Of a stretch of 64,000 nucleotides of DNA, positions 10,371 to 23,343 are shown piece by piece. Source of the DNA: Chara braunii. Its lineage: Eukaryota > Plantae > Charophyceae. The notes below the pieces were generated by a model. It worked only from the letters and a program-made list of their open reading frames with translations, ran no database searches and was not told where the DNA came from. Within the stretch, counting starts at the first letter, position 1, and the number at the start of each line of letters is the position of its first letter. The position numbers were made by a program, and so were the translations under genes. The DNA lies in NCBI GenBank assembly GCA_003427395.1, contig BFEA01000039.1, forward strand, positions 957,067 to 1,021,066, read 5' to 3'.

Positions 10371-13300
10371 TGTGCGTACTTTACTTGTTTACTTAGGCAG
10401 GTTTATCTAATCGTATGCCATAAGCAAGGGGGACATACAAAGGGAGAGGAACTGAGTGACCTAGCGAACTACTTGGCCTAAATTGATGTGGGATTGTGAG
10501 AGAGGTTTGTTTATGCATGCTTGTGAACTCTCACTCTGGGCGTTTTTTTGATCGGTTAGCTGCTTAGATGCTCGCCAAGTGATGGAGCCATATGTAGGTG
10601 AGACGGATGATGGGAGAGAGAGCTTGGGATAAAGATAGCACTAACCTTACTTGAAGATAAAAGTAATGATAGCTCACGATACCATCTTCTAGAAGGGATC
10701 GTGTAAACTATCTCCAGTTCTAACTATCAAGCAAGTCTCAGGAGTTTGTCCCCAGTATAGCTTTGCTTTGTCTTTCTGTTTTCAGCTTTGTATATTTCTT
10801 GGGAACCTCCTGTTTCTACGGGAAGCGCTGCCGAAATTTCTACAACTCTCAAAGAGTTGGTCATTTTTGGACTCGTAGAAATTATGGAATGGCATTTTTC
10901 CTATGGGAAGTGCTGCCGAAATTTTGCAGAATTTGGAGAGTCAGATTATTTCAGCTATGAAAAATTTGACAATCCATCCTGTTTAGGGGATATGCTGCCG
11001 AAATTTCTTTTATTTTTAGATAAAAATCAGAGATTAGTTAAAAAGGTAGGATTATTTTTTGATCATTCAAGCATGGCTTGGTTACTGGCCTGTGCTGCAT
11101 TGCAGATCACCTTTATTTAGATTGATTTGAGGCTTGACTGTCTTCAAGCGGATCCTACGAGGATCATTTTTCTGCTATCCCTTGATAACAGGTCGGTTTT
11201 CGGCTCAACTCCAATCCACTTTTGCTACTTAACCTAAAGGCTTTAACCCTGTGGTTTGATTTGTTTTGTTGTGTTTTCACCCGGATTTAATTGAACGACC
11301 ATTTAATAAAGATGTTGAGCATTTTAGTTTGAGGGTTGCGCAAAGAGTGAGGTTTGTATCGCTAAAGCGAGAGGTGTGAGCGCAGAGAATGATCGAAGTT
11401 GACCCCGTGTAGTGTGTGTTCTGTTGATGTGGATCCTTGATGTGATTGCAGGTATGTTTTGTGAGTTGAATCCAAACTTGATTTGTCAATGATTATATAT
11501 ATACTTTTGAAGAAAGCCGCACTATGATTGTGAGAGTGATCGTCTCCTTTCTCATAACCTTTATATCATAATTTTTTGTGTTCGCACGACCCATTGAGGT
11601 CGCGCACAGTAATTAAATAAATTCCACATCGAGAGAAAAAAAATCCCCCTTAGCTTTTGCTTTTTAGAATTAGCATGCTTGAACGTTGTAGTCCGTGGTA
11701 GCCGTCAAAGTCAAACCGCCTGATCTCTGACCACCACGATAGTTTGGAGTTGTTTACTTAACCCCTCTGCATAAGAGAGTGCAGAAGAGAGTGTGGTCTT
11801 CAAGCGCGCATAGCGGCTATCTAGCGTCCAGAGATTAACCCCTCAAGGTGTTTGTCAGCCGACACTTGATTGTCGAATGTAACCCTCGAGATTATCGAGG
11901 CTCGCACGATTACGAGTACTACATGCAAATGCTCGCACATGCTCGCATGGCTGGTCGATATGAGGAGGTCATGCGCTCGCACGACTCTTATACGAAAATC
12001 CACCGCGCGATACGCATCCGATTTTCGCGGCATAAAGTTATGGGTTGGAAACTGAAGGGACTAGGAGTAATGTGGCGTTGCTGGGTTGTTATGTCATTGA
12101 CTTCTGGTTGTAAGTGTTGTGGTGTAACGCGTGATGCGTATGATACATCCTCGTCGACCAGCTTCAGTCGCGTTTGGAAACTCAGCCCCCCAGTACAGCG
12201 TTCGCGTGCGGGTTCGATTTTTGGGCGATCGACCACGCGTACCCCCTATGCTACAACGAACGAGAAACGCCCTCGGCTGGGCCACCTCTGCAATTGCATA
12301 CGAAAAGCCTTCGCATGTGGTTCAGTAGCTCGACGGGGATACGACCACCTAAGGAATGGTGACAGCTCCCGCAGGTGAAAGTAAGCGGTGCCTCGCGTGA
12401 CCCTGTCCTGCCGTAGAGGATCGCGAGAGGTACGGCTGGCGCACTCGACTGGAGTGGCAAATGCTCTCCGCGACAAGTCCTGCCAAATCCTGCGTGGCGC
12501 GGCTGGGAGGGTCCCCGTGAGGGACCGATGCGCTCGACAGTACCCGCCCAATGGGGATGTGTTCGGCAGCCCTCTACTCTGCACTCGACCAAACATGTTC
12601 GATTCCGGATCGGCTAAGTGTTCGAACATGTTCGGATGCTTGGTGGGGCGCTCAACATGTTCGTTGTGCTACATAGGATTTTCCATATAAATAAGGCTAA
12701 AAGTCATATCAAGTGTTCATTCCCTTTATATTACAAAAAAATCTACAATTTTTATTGGACTGACGATCTATAACAATTGCTTTATCAAGAATCATGCATT
12801 ATGCTGACCAACTTTTACCGTTTTTCTTCGAAAAACTGGCTATTTGATTAGAATCATTCCTCTTTATAAAGCTGCATTTCAAAATCTAAACAAGATTGGT
12901 GCACATGTGTTTGCTTGTCCCTTGACTGCTCCTACGTCACCTTGGATGCACTAAAATTTACAATTACAATCGTTTAGGGAGCTGACAATCTTTACACCAT
13001 TGAGTTTTCTGCTTTAAGTTTGACTTGATAATGTTAGAGTAGAAAAATGGTAAGAGGATATGCAGGCTGAAAAGGGGATCAGATTTTTCTTCAAACGTTT
13101 TGTAAGGTTTTTAATTGTAATGATAACATGGAGAAAAAGATAAAAAATATAACATGTATTTTAACTTTGACATTAATACTAAACCAGTACTACCTCGTCC
13201 AGGCAAAAATACCATTCCCAATACCTTGTCCAAGCAAAAAATACCGTTCCCAGGTGAGACTGGGGCAGGCTCAATGGAGGCTGGGTAAACCCTTGATACA

Positions 13301-14105
13301 TATGCGGCAATCGCTCATTTTGAAATCGAAAACGAGTGACTAAGACGACAAACCCCCCAAAAAAAAAACAAGATGGAAATAAAAGAGTTTTAAAAAAAAG
13401 TTTGTAAAGGGAAAGAAAACTTCCGTATATGAAGAACACAGACAACAAACTCTTGACAAAACCAAGCAGACCTGAGAATGAACCGCATTAGAATGTGGTT
13501 GAATAGAAGAAGAGAATAACCCTAACAAAAACGACACGAACGGGTGGAAAAATTATTAAAAAAAAAAAGAAAAAAACATGCAATGCCGTTAGTTTTTTTT
13601 TTTAATAAGTTCGGTGAGGAGTAAAGCAAGGGGAATGGTCTTCCAAACCCAGTCAAGGTGTTATACTACTGCTAAATTAGTTATGTAAAATGAAAATGAA
13701 CCTTCTACTAAATTGTGGCTATATAGATATAGATTATTCAGACTACTGTTGCCCAATGCAAGAAAGAATAAGAAACCATACAGGTAAGCAAGCAAAGTTG
13801 GGAAAACATACACGAGGCATGTAAGGATCCGAAGAGGAAAATAAAAGGGGCACGGTGAAAAAGTACATGGGCCGAAACAGAAGGGGCGGGGGAGGCGGGA
13901 AGGAAGGATGGTGAGTACGGGGGAAACGTTAAGGAGTGAAGGGTGATCCTGAGAGGCTTAGTGACCACTAAGGTGACTGGGTACAGGGGTGATCCTGAGA
14001 GGCTAAGCGACCACTAAGGTGACTGGGTACAGGATGGAGTCTCCCGATTGCAGAAAATTCGGAGCCCTGAGGGGGATGACGCCCTTCATGACATAGGATA
14101 TTTCT

Positions 14106-14840
14106 TTAAACCACCAGTACTTGAGCCAGCTATCGGCCGCATAAAAAAAAAAAACACTAGAAATGTTTCTAGTCGGATGAATTTGGGCGCTCCTGTAGTA
14201 GCCCGTACGCTTCCTAAAATCGTGCACGACTCTAGGAATTACTGGTGGTTTAACGAAGCGAACTCTTTATTCCTTTACTCTAGGGATGCTGGGCCCAATT
14301 TTCAACAGATGCAACTCCCCACCAAATAGACTGGACGCCGAATCACCAAAGTCTCCTCTTTTCACGTCTTGGGACAAGGCCACGAGTGTTTCTCTTTATA
14401 TTATATATAAAAAAAACACAAAAAAAAAACACATGGCATGCCATTAATTTTTCCGTTTTTAGGTTTGAAGTGGTGGATCAGGGACACCGATCTTGCGAGT
14501 CCGGACGAAGCTCCCGACCCACGCCTGGTGAGTGGGAAACTTAACTGTCCAGAGTGCAAAACAATTTGGCTCGATACAAAGGAGACCACCAGGGTCCTAC
14601 ACAAGGATGATACAAAGGGGGTAATAGAAAGGAAAAATCAACAGTAATAAAAAAAAGAAAGGATAACAACCAACATAAAAGGACTGGTTTCTTTCATTGG
14701 AAAACCCGTATGTATTTCTACTAGTCGTTGGTTACACGCAGTCATACAAGGTTACACGCAGTCATACAAAAAAGGGTCAATAGCTTGTCCAAAAAAAAAA
14801 AAAAAAAGGGATTTAGGTTGAGAAGGTACTGGTGGTTTAA
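14106..14840. mobile_element. Putative MITE(s) with TTAAACCACCAGTAC termini
   Basis: TTAAACCACCAGTAC at 14106; inverted copies ending at 14253 and 14840; another end at 35965. Confidence 0.55.
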
Positions 14841-14933
14841 GTGACATGGGTCCCATCCTCGAACATGCTTGTTGTCCCCGTAATTGTGAAAAACAAAATT
14901 AAGGGTTTTATAATTTTATTACTTTTTTTCTTA

Positions 14934-15080
14934 TAATTGTTTGAATGTTTGGATGTAGGGCTTCGATTAAAACAGATGTTGCACGGTTTATGTCGCTGCT
15001 TAGCATATAATTGTTTGAATGTTTGGATGTAGGGCTTCGATTAAAACAGATGTTGCACGGTTTATGTCGCTGCTTAGCAT
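14934..15080 (+). repeat. Two-copy ~74-bp tandem duplication
   Basis: ataattgtttgaatg...gctgcttagcat occurs twice. Confidence 0.85.
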
Positions 15081-16480
15081 GCAGTTCTTTGACATTGTAT
15101 TTCTGCCTTGGGCACTAGGGCCTGATAAAACTACTGTTTCTGTAAAAAAAAAAAAAAAAAAAGAAGTTCGATGCTTAAAAAAATAAAAAAATAAAAAAAA
15201 TTCATACGAGACATTGAACGTTCTTTCCAACAGGATCAATCACCTAAACCAACAAAACAATTATTTCCCTTTGTTTTGATGAATTATGAGAATAATCTAT
15301 TTGTCAATTGTTATTGACATGCTCTTCTCTGTTGGACTCATCGAGCAATGCCCCTGCTTTTGCCACTTCTCAACTGCAGCCCATTTATTCCTATCACCCT
15401 CTTCCCTCCTCGAGCAGTGCCCCTGCTTTTGCCACTTTCTTGACTGCTGCCCATTTTTTCTTATCACCCTCTTGACAATTTCTCGACTGCAGCCTATTTA
15501 TTCTTATCACCCTCTTCCCTCCTCTTTATGACACCTTCAGGCAACTGGACAGCGCCGGGGAACAACAAGGCATGGCAAATTGGCAGTCGCCCTATCATGA
15601 TTCTACAGTGGAAGCGGGCAGGTTATACCAAGGCATGGCAATCGCCCTATCGTGATTCTACAGTGGAAGCGGGCAGGTTATACCAACTTAGGTTGGGAAG
15701 TGTATGAAACTCTGCTCTGTACAGTGTTCTCTCCCCGCGACATATGTGCACTGGACAGCAACATGCACGGTCTCTACTCTCTGCCGACATGTTCGTTGGT
15801 GCCCTGCCATGGGGATAAATGAGTTTTTGGGGAGCCGCCTTTGCTTTGCATATCCATAATGGTCGCACCTCACACGCCCGTCCCAACGTTTTCCATACTA
15901 TTATCTGCTCTGGCGACTTACTGTTGTTGGGTCCTTCACCTTCCCTTTCGGTGGAGCTGTCGCCGCTGCATCTACTGGTCCATCCTCTATGGGTAGCGGA
16001 ACCCATCGACTTTGGCGTATTGCAGTATTTAGAGATAGCAGCAGGGATTGCCTCGTCCTCTCCTCGCTCTGGGTCGACACATGCCCAACTTTTGCTTCAA
16101 CCCTATCAGAGGGATCATCAATCCTCTCATCCCCTACACTGCAGCCATCCTGTTATGTAATTGGCATTGTGTCTTGTGAGACGGCATCACATCCTTCGCC
16201 TCGAGCTCCTTTCTTCACCGTTGCAACTGTGTCTACAAAAGTTATGGGCTAACTACGCATGCACATGTAACGGTGACAAAACGTCGTCAAGGGTATAATT
16301 GCCCAGGATGCAGCCTTCTCTATTCAAGTCAACCACAGTTAGAAGCTTCCGCTCGAAGGAACAACAAACCATTGCCAGCTACTAAGAAAAGTGCAGTGTG
16401 CAACACATCATTGGGACTTGACCCATATGTCTCGACACCCGTTCCATACCTCAATGTGTGTACTTCAATTGCCAAACAGC

Positions 16481-16589
16481 TACCGTCTTCCCCCGAACAT
16501 AACACACCCTAAAAATGAATGTATACAAGCTATATTTCCGACCAGATACAGCCAAAATAAGGGTGCGTTGTGTTCGGGGGAAGACGGTA
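16481..16589. mobile_element. Tc1/mariner-type MITE
   Basis: TA-CCGTCTTCCCCCGAACATAACACACCC ... GGGTGCGTTGTGTTCGGGGGAAGACGG-TA: long TIR, TA TSD, second copy at 45293. Confidence 0.85.
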
Positions 16590-16975
16590 GTTCTGAAAGT
16601 CCTACATGTACTTCCTAGGAAATAAAAACTTCCTGACAATGCAATGTTTCTAAATATTGCAGTTCGTCATCACAGTGAAGGAATGTCACAGACATGACTG
16701 CGATAGCATACTGATTCACGTGGTGTACAATGCAACAAGTAACATAACACTTACAGACTGGAGGAGATATCTACATGGAAAGATCAACACACATTCACCC
16801 CCAAGTTAACACACATTCACCCCCAAGTTCTCTTCATCGTTCACTATTTCGTTCATCTTCACTATTTCGCTGCAACAGACCGGACAAGATTTCTTCATGA
16901 AGAGACGACTACATAAATATACCCCCAAGTTCCATCCACCCTTCACTTTTAACTCTCACACACCAAGTTCCAAGG

Positions 16976-17038
<63 letters not shown>

Positions 17039-17124
17039 TCGTACCCCTTCTCCCTCCTCTTCTCTCTCGCTCGTACCCCTTCTCCCTCCTCTTCTCTCTC
17101 GCTCGTACCCCTTCTCCCTCCTCT

Positions 17125-17179
<55 letters not shown>

Positions 17180-17594
17180 NNNNNNNNNNNNNNNNNNNNN
17201 NNNNNNNNNNNNNNNNNNNNNNNNNNNNNNNNNNNNNNNNNNNNNNNNNNNNNNNNNNNNNNNNNNNNNNNNNNNNNNNNNNNNNNNNNNNNNNNNNNNN
17301 NNNNNNNNNNNNNNNNNNNNNNNNNNNNNNNNNNNNNNNNNNNNNNNNNNNNNNNNNNNNNNNNNNNNNNNNNNNNNNNNNNNNNNNNNNNNNNNNNNNN
17401 NNNNNNNNNNNNNNNNNNNNNNNNNNNNNNNNNNNNNNNNNNNNNNNNNNNNNNNNNNNNNNNNNNNNNNNNNNNNNNNNNNNNNNNNNNNNNNNNNNNN
17501 NNNNNNNNNNNNNNNNNNNNNNNNNNNNNNNNNNNNNNNNNNNNNNNNNNNNNNNNNNNNNNNNNNNNNNNNNNNNNNNNNNNNNNNNNNNNNN

Positions 17595-17659
<65 letters not shown>

Positions 17660-19011
17660 ACCCACACACCTTCTAAAACAACACACACACACACACACAT
17701 GGTGCCCCAGTGACGAGAAGGCTGCTGGCTATCCAGGAGGACAGGTTGACTAATCAACCACCAAATTGACAGAGGAGGAACATAATGGAGGAAGAAAGCG
17801 CAATTCACACATGTCAGAGCAACTCCACATGAAGATTTTCATTTGTACACAAAGTATAAGCTCCTGATTACCCCATCTGACGGGGCAGTTGGTATTGTGT
17901 CAAGGGGACGAAACACCGGAAAGAGAGGGACTACTCACCACTGCATGCTTCTTCCCTCACAACCATTTCCTCTGAACTCTGTTCCAGGTCACGAACGTAC
18001 TCACTGCCCAGCATGTGGGCCTCAATTACTCACACAGCACAGCATCACCGTTGCGTCAAGATACAGGACCTGCCTGTCTTTGTTTCTGTTTTTTACTTCT
18101 TCTTTTCTTGTCTTGTCTATATATATATATCGTCACAAATAGAACTGCCCGGTAAACCGTAGGCAGAGAGAGAGAAGAGGACAACAAACGAGGGGCTGTG
18201 ACAAACTGTTTCGTCGGAGTTTATATACTTAATATGTTAATCAAACCCAATTGCACTGGATTAGTCACCACACAGGGCTTGGACTCAGCTACGCTGGAAA
18301 ATGAGGAATAACCGTACATCTGGAGTTACATGAGAACCCCACCTCCTCAAGGGAGAAGGCCCCCCTGGTCTGCCCTGGATATATATATCCTTCATCGCAG
18401 CAGCAGCACCTACAAGGGGTCAGGGTAAACCGTTCATCAAAGAAGAAAGTAGCACACATCCAACAAAATCGGAAACACAAACACTTTCAAAAGTTTCAAA
18501 ACAAACTCAGAAAACAAGCCCAAAGTTTCAATTCTCCCAATCAATCAAACATCCAGCATCCCGTGCGAACAACATTCTGCTGTCCATCATTTTCCATCAT
18601 GATGTAGTAGACGACCATGCCATCAGTGAGTCCACGCATAGCCCCCCGGGGAATCAGCTGCTCTCACCTTGCTCATGCCACCATGCCCCCAGTGCGAATC
18701 ACGGGGGGCAAAACCGCTTTGGCACACACATCCATGCAGTACGTCCCCTGATCCATCGGAATAGCAATCATCACCAAAAATTCGTTTGCTGCAGTGAATT
18801 TACCACCACGAGATGCCGCTGTGTTCCACATTCGGCTTTCCCTTTTTCCTTCTAAGTTAAGAGAGACACCAGTTACAAGAGAGTCTCTGTACAAATCGGT
18901 CGTGACTATCGAACAATTTGTCAAACGAAGGATGGATGGTGAAATGACATCTTGCCAGTCAACCATCCTCAGCCACTCACGGGACGCTGGTTCAGGGAAA
19001 GGACTGCATGC

Positions 19012-19203
19012 TTAGTCCTTCTCCTCCTTCTTGCCCTCCGTGCGCAAGAAGAAGTAGCCTCCAAGAGCCACGGCCGACAGTCCTCCAAAGACTGCCACCG
19101 ATGTTGACGAGTCTGTAGCCTTCTGAGCTGTGGCTCCCTCCGTTCCACTTCTGCTCGATGGAGAGGTTGCCTCCTCGGTGTGTGCACTCGGAGAGTGTTG
19201 TGC
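19012..19203 (-). CDS. Probable exon 3 (last coding exon) of the same gene
   Basis: gccag|GCA acceptor, phase 0. Encodes AQHSPSAHTEEATSPSSRSGTEGATAQKATDSSTSVAVFGGLSAVALGGYFFLRTEGKKEEKD*: Ser/Ala-rich linker, single TM ending G-Y/W, short charged tail, like the family C-terminus. Spliced product is 122 aa. Confidence 0.7.
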   Translation of the reverse strand, partial: AQHSPSAHTEEATSPSSRSGTEGATAQKATDSSTSVAVFGGLSAVALGGYFFLRTEGKKEEKD

Positions 19204-22190
19204 CTGGCATACACAGTGACCAACGACGTTCACAGCACCACCACAAGCTTCAGTTGTGTCTCAGACACAGGGGACATCCCCCATCCTCAATGGAATGAAA
19301 CGCTCTCCACAATGACATACTCTTTATTAACCGTCGGAGTTAATTCACGACATACTCTTTCCTCAAAAGATTAACCGTCGGAACTCAAACACAATGGTGA
19401 ATGCAATCCTGAGTCCATCAATGTAGGTGCCCATGGCTTCAACCAGTTGGCCAGTTCGTAGTGTGCATCGCGTTCACAGATTACCAATCCCAGTCCCAAA
19501 GGACCAGATCTCTCGGCTGGACATCCCAAAGGACCACATCTCTCAGCTGGACAGGACACACTGACATCATGGTTATTGTTAGTGTAATTAACTGCAAAAT
19601 CACAGACTGAGAGCTGTGCTGATTTCTGTGTTTTCCCACTGGATTATGACTCCTGAAATTCCCACTTTCGCTGATGTTTCTGAAGTCTGTGTGTGAGCGT
19701 GTTTGTCGGTTTCAGTGTATTTGTCGGGTTGCCTGAGTGCTTGAGAGCGAGTGCGTGACCGGCCAGGGTATTGGGCCTGGTATTTACCTGTGGCTGTGAC
19801 TTCTTTGCAGTGGGGAAAAACACTCACGTAGTGGGGCAAGTAGGCCCGCGTAGCTTAGGGCCACTCAAGTAGCAGGTGGGCTAGGTCGGTAGTACTCGAG
19901 TAGCGGTAGACCTAGCAGAAGAAGACAAGTTCAGATTTTTAGAGGCCGAGCAACCAGTAGGCCTAGGTAGGCGGGTACCAGTCCAAGTAGCCTGAGTCTA
20001 GGGGCTGTGCGAACAATAACAGAGCCTGCAAACGTAGAGCCTGCAAACGTGTTTCCCTCCAAAAGGGAGGAGGTACCGATTGCTTGGAGGCCGCACGACC
20101 TGGAAGTCACCAGCCGTGAGGCTGGTTGGCAGCTCCTCCTCATTTGCGCTATGCAAGTTTGGGCGTCATGCTGCTTGAGCGGGCACTGGTTCTCAGAGCG
20201 CTGCTGGGGGGAGGAAGAAGGAGAGCAGAGCGCTTTGTGGCTATGGTGCGCAGCCCAGCTTGAGAAGGAGGAAGAAGAGGTCATAGGAGCAGAGTGGAGA
20301 GGTTATTACCGGCTATGGTTGACGTCATCTCCGTCTCCTTGGTATGCGCTGCAGCTGGAGGGCCTCAATTCGGCTTGCGCTGCATCCAGAAGGCCTTGGG
20401 GCAGAGCCAAACATGGCGCCTGAGTGTAGATGACATAGCTGCTTTTGCGTTGTCTTTTGAACATCAGGGCAGAGCCCCCAGTAGTCCCCCATAGCCATCA
20501 CCTACCATATGAGGTTGGAGGTGAAGGTCATGACTATGGTGGACCTTCGTTGTGCTCGCAGTAAGAGGGAAATTTCCCCCTTCCTCACCCCACTTTCCTC
20601 CTTGTCTCCACCAATCTTATTCTTCACCCAATAATAATAAGAACAATGAACTCTTGAGCCAGAACCAATATGTGAGCTGTTACTAACACATTTTAAAGTT
20701 GAGAGTACAGGCCAATGTGACCGCAGAAAGGGGCAATACAGAAGGCGCCAAAAGGTCGTTCAAAGGATTGCGCCTGTTGGAAATCCTTTGTGGGCTTGAA
20801 ATCCAGTCGGGTCCTAACTAGATGTTTGCCGAGTCCATGCCTCACGCCAAACAGTTACAGCACGTGGATGCTGTGTGACCATGACCTACTCGCCGGACCT
20901 GAAGCTGGGCAGCCACGTTGGGCATGTATGGTAAAGGCTCTGGGGGGTTACACGTAAGCCTGGCCTGCTCACTAAGGCTCTGCAGGCAGGCCGTGCCTGA
21001 GTGACTAGACCCTGCGTATTTCCAGCGAGAGCCTAGAGGCCGACATATCGCACAACAACCGTGGACCAATGAAAATGATGCATATGCGGTGACACACACT
21101 GGCCATGAGGAAATCAGAATGCAGCGAACACTTATACCGCGTCTCACACCGGGCCTACCGAACTGCATCAGACCCAGGCCAGTATCTCAACTGGTCCTGG
21201 GCGCAGACACTTCGGCCTAACAGAAAGCTACAGGGCCCCATGGACAGCTAGCACTTTCCGTAAAGGAAAGTGCCCATCGCCCAGACAGACATTCTGGCTG
21301 GCCTCGGCAGGGGATGCGACCACACTGCTGCTCTGTATAACGAGCAGGCTGCGCTAGCGCTGGCAGGGCAGAGGAGCGCTGCGGTGGCAGCGGGCGCACA
21401 ATGCCATAGCCAGGCTGCTGGGGCGCATGCCGGGGATGGCGACGGTCGTCTTCGGGAAGGGGAGGCACAGGCTGTGTGGAGTCAGGGAGCGATGAGGTGA
21501 GAAGACGGATTTACCTGGTGTATTCTGGCAGTCTGCATTTGACTACGTCGTCGTGTACACTGGTCTTCAGCTCAAAGTGACTCCTGTTGCAATACGTAGT
21601 GTAGGCTAGTCTAGGCTGAGTAGGGTAGGCTGGCCGCAGAGCGCCAAACACACACCCCCGGGCTTTTAAGGCGCTGTTTTTTTTCTCTCAACTTCTTTTT
21701 TTATTTTTTTGATTCATTGATATCCCTAAAGAAGAGACAGCACAGCACAACTTCCAGCAAGAGAGGTCCACACACACTTGCACAAGTTTTTATGCGGAAA
21801 GAGAGCACTTCTGCAGCGAGAGAGCGACATGCATGTGGCAGTTGGAACCCACTGAGGACTGAGCAAAGACTGTGTGAAAACTACCTCCTTCAACGAACAG
21901 ACCGACTAGACGACAACTAAAGGTTATGGGACGATAGCAGGACAAAGTGTTGATCCCATTCATATCCATGATCTTTTCTTTTCCCTTCTACCCCCCCCAA
22001 TGTTCAGGGTGCCTTAGAGCTGGAACATTCCACATTCACCTTTCAAGCGATTACCTGAATGGTTTCACAATTGCATTTTTCTAAGAGCAACTCTGAAGCT
22101 CTAAGAGAGCAAACTGAAGAAAAGTGAAAATCAAGGAGAAGTTTGAGAACAGTTACATCTACCTATGATGCAAAATGATGCCTTGTTTTC

Positions 22191-22283
22191 TTTTTGACCA
22201 TTTCTCAATTTGCATGTATCATCCTTGCGCAGGGGCCATGCCAATCATCTATGTACCATTCCAATTTTAACGGATGTCCCAAA
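22191..22283 (-). pseudogene. U6: U6 snRNA pseudogene
   Basis: Minus strand GGGACATCCGTTAAAATTGGAATGGTACATAGATGATTGGCATGGCCCCTGCGCAAGGATGATAC...GAGAAATGGTC. Plant U6 with mutated ACAGAGA and AGC, lost 5' hairpin, ends in an A-run. Confidence 0.88.
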
Positions 22284-23248
22284 TCTCTCTATTCAGGGGA
22301 AGATAGTGTGAGACAATGGCCTACCCATCAAGTGGAGATGCTTCCCAAGAGGGCCCATGACAAATTCCATTCATAGCAGGCAAACAGTAGGTGGAGCTGC
22401 TTTCTCCTCATCTTCCCCTCCTCTTGGTATTCTTATCCTTTCTTCTCTTTTGATCTATATACCATCTTTCTCTCTTTTTTCTCCTTCATTCACCCTTATG
22501 ATATCTCTTGCCTTTCATGTTCCTCAAGGTTGATGATCATGCACTTAACTGGCACTCAGCCAAGTCTGCTATGGAAGGTTGGAAAGAGGATGACAGGAAG
22601 ATGCGAAAGTAAGGAGAGAACATATGCACCTGATCCAATCATCTCTGCGCTGATCTGCATAGCAGGAATGTAACGACACACTAACACCAACCAATCAAAC
22701 AGCAGTTAATCATATCTTTCACCGCTCCGCTGACTCATTCCTCTGCCCGGCCACCATCCATTGGGCTATTGCAGCGCTCTTCTCTTCTCGTGGAGCGCCC
22801 TCCACTGTTATCTCATTGAACGACCAGTACCCCAGAACACAAGTACATGATGCTACAAAGAGGCTGTGCACAAAAGGTCCCGAAATAGAATGCTTATCCG
22901 ACGACACAAAAGTGACAGTTGGGCAAGAGCCTCCTACGAAATAACAAATGAACGAAAAGCGCTACCTGCCGTGGGTATCCGCACACTAAATAACAGCTAA
23001 CCCCAGACCGGAAGATAATAAAAGGGACAACTCTTAGTTTTCTGCTCAAGCTGGCTCGGCATGTAAAGATCGTGTGTCGAAAGAAGAAATGCGTGAATTG
23101 CAGCATTACGGTGCCAACCACAGCTGGTCATAACCATGTACGTCTCCACCATCCGCAGCAAAGATGTCATATGCTCTTGAATAGTCACTTTTTGCTCGTA
23201 AGAACAGCAGATACCATAAAAGCCATGACTTCCATCCACCTCTGCCAG

Positions 23249-23331
<83 letters not shown>

Positions 23332-23343
23332 CTCCTCCTCGTG

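Noticed and set aside
10484-11488. Possible solo LTR with three GCTGCCGAAATTT motifs
   Set aside because: No TSD or second copy found to fix the boundaries.
21676-21710. T-rich tract at the arm boundary as the poly(A) of a retroposed OFUT
   Set aside because: The duplicated arm extends ~3 kb upstream of the ATG and no TSD is seen; DNA-level duplication is simpler.
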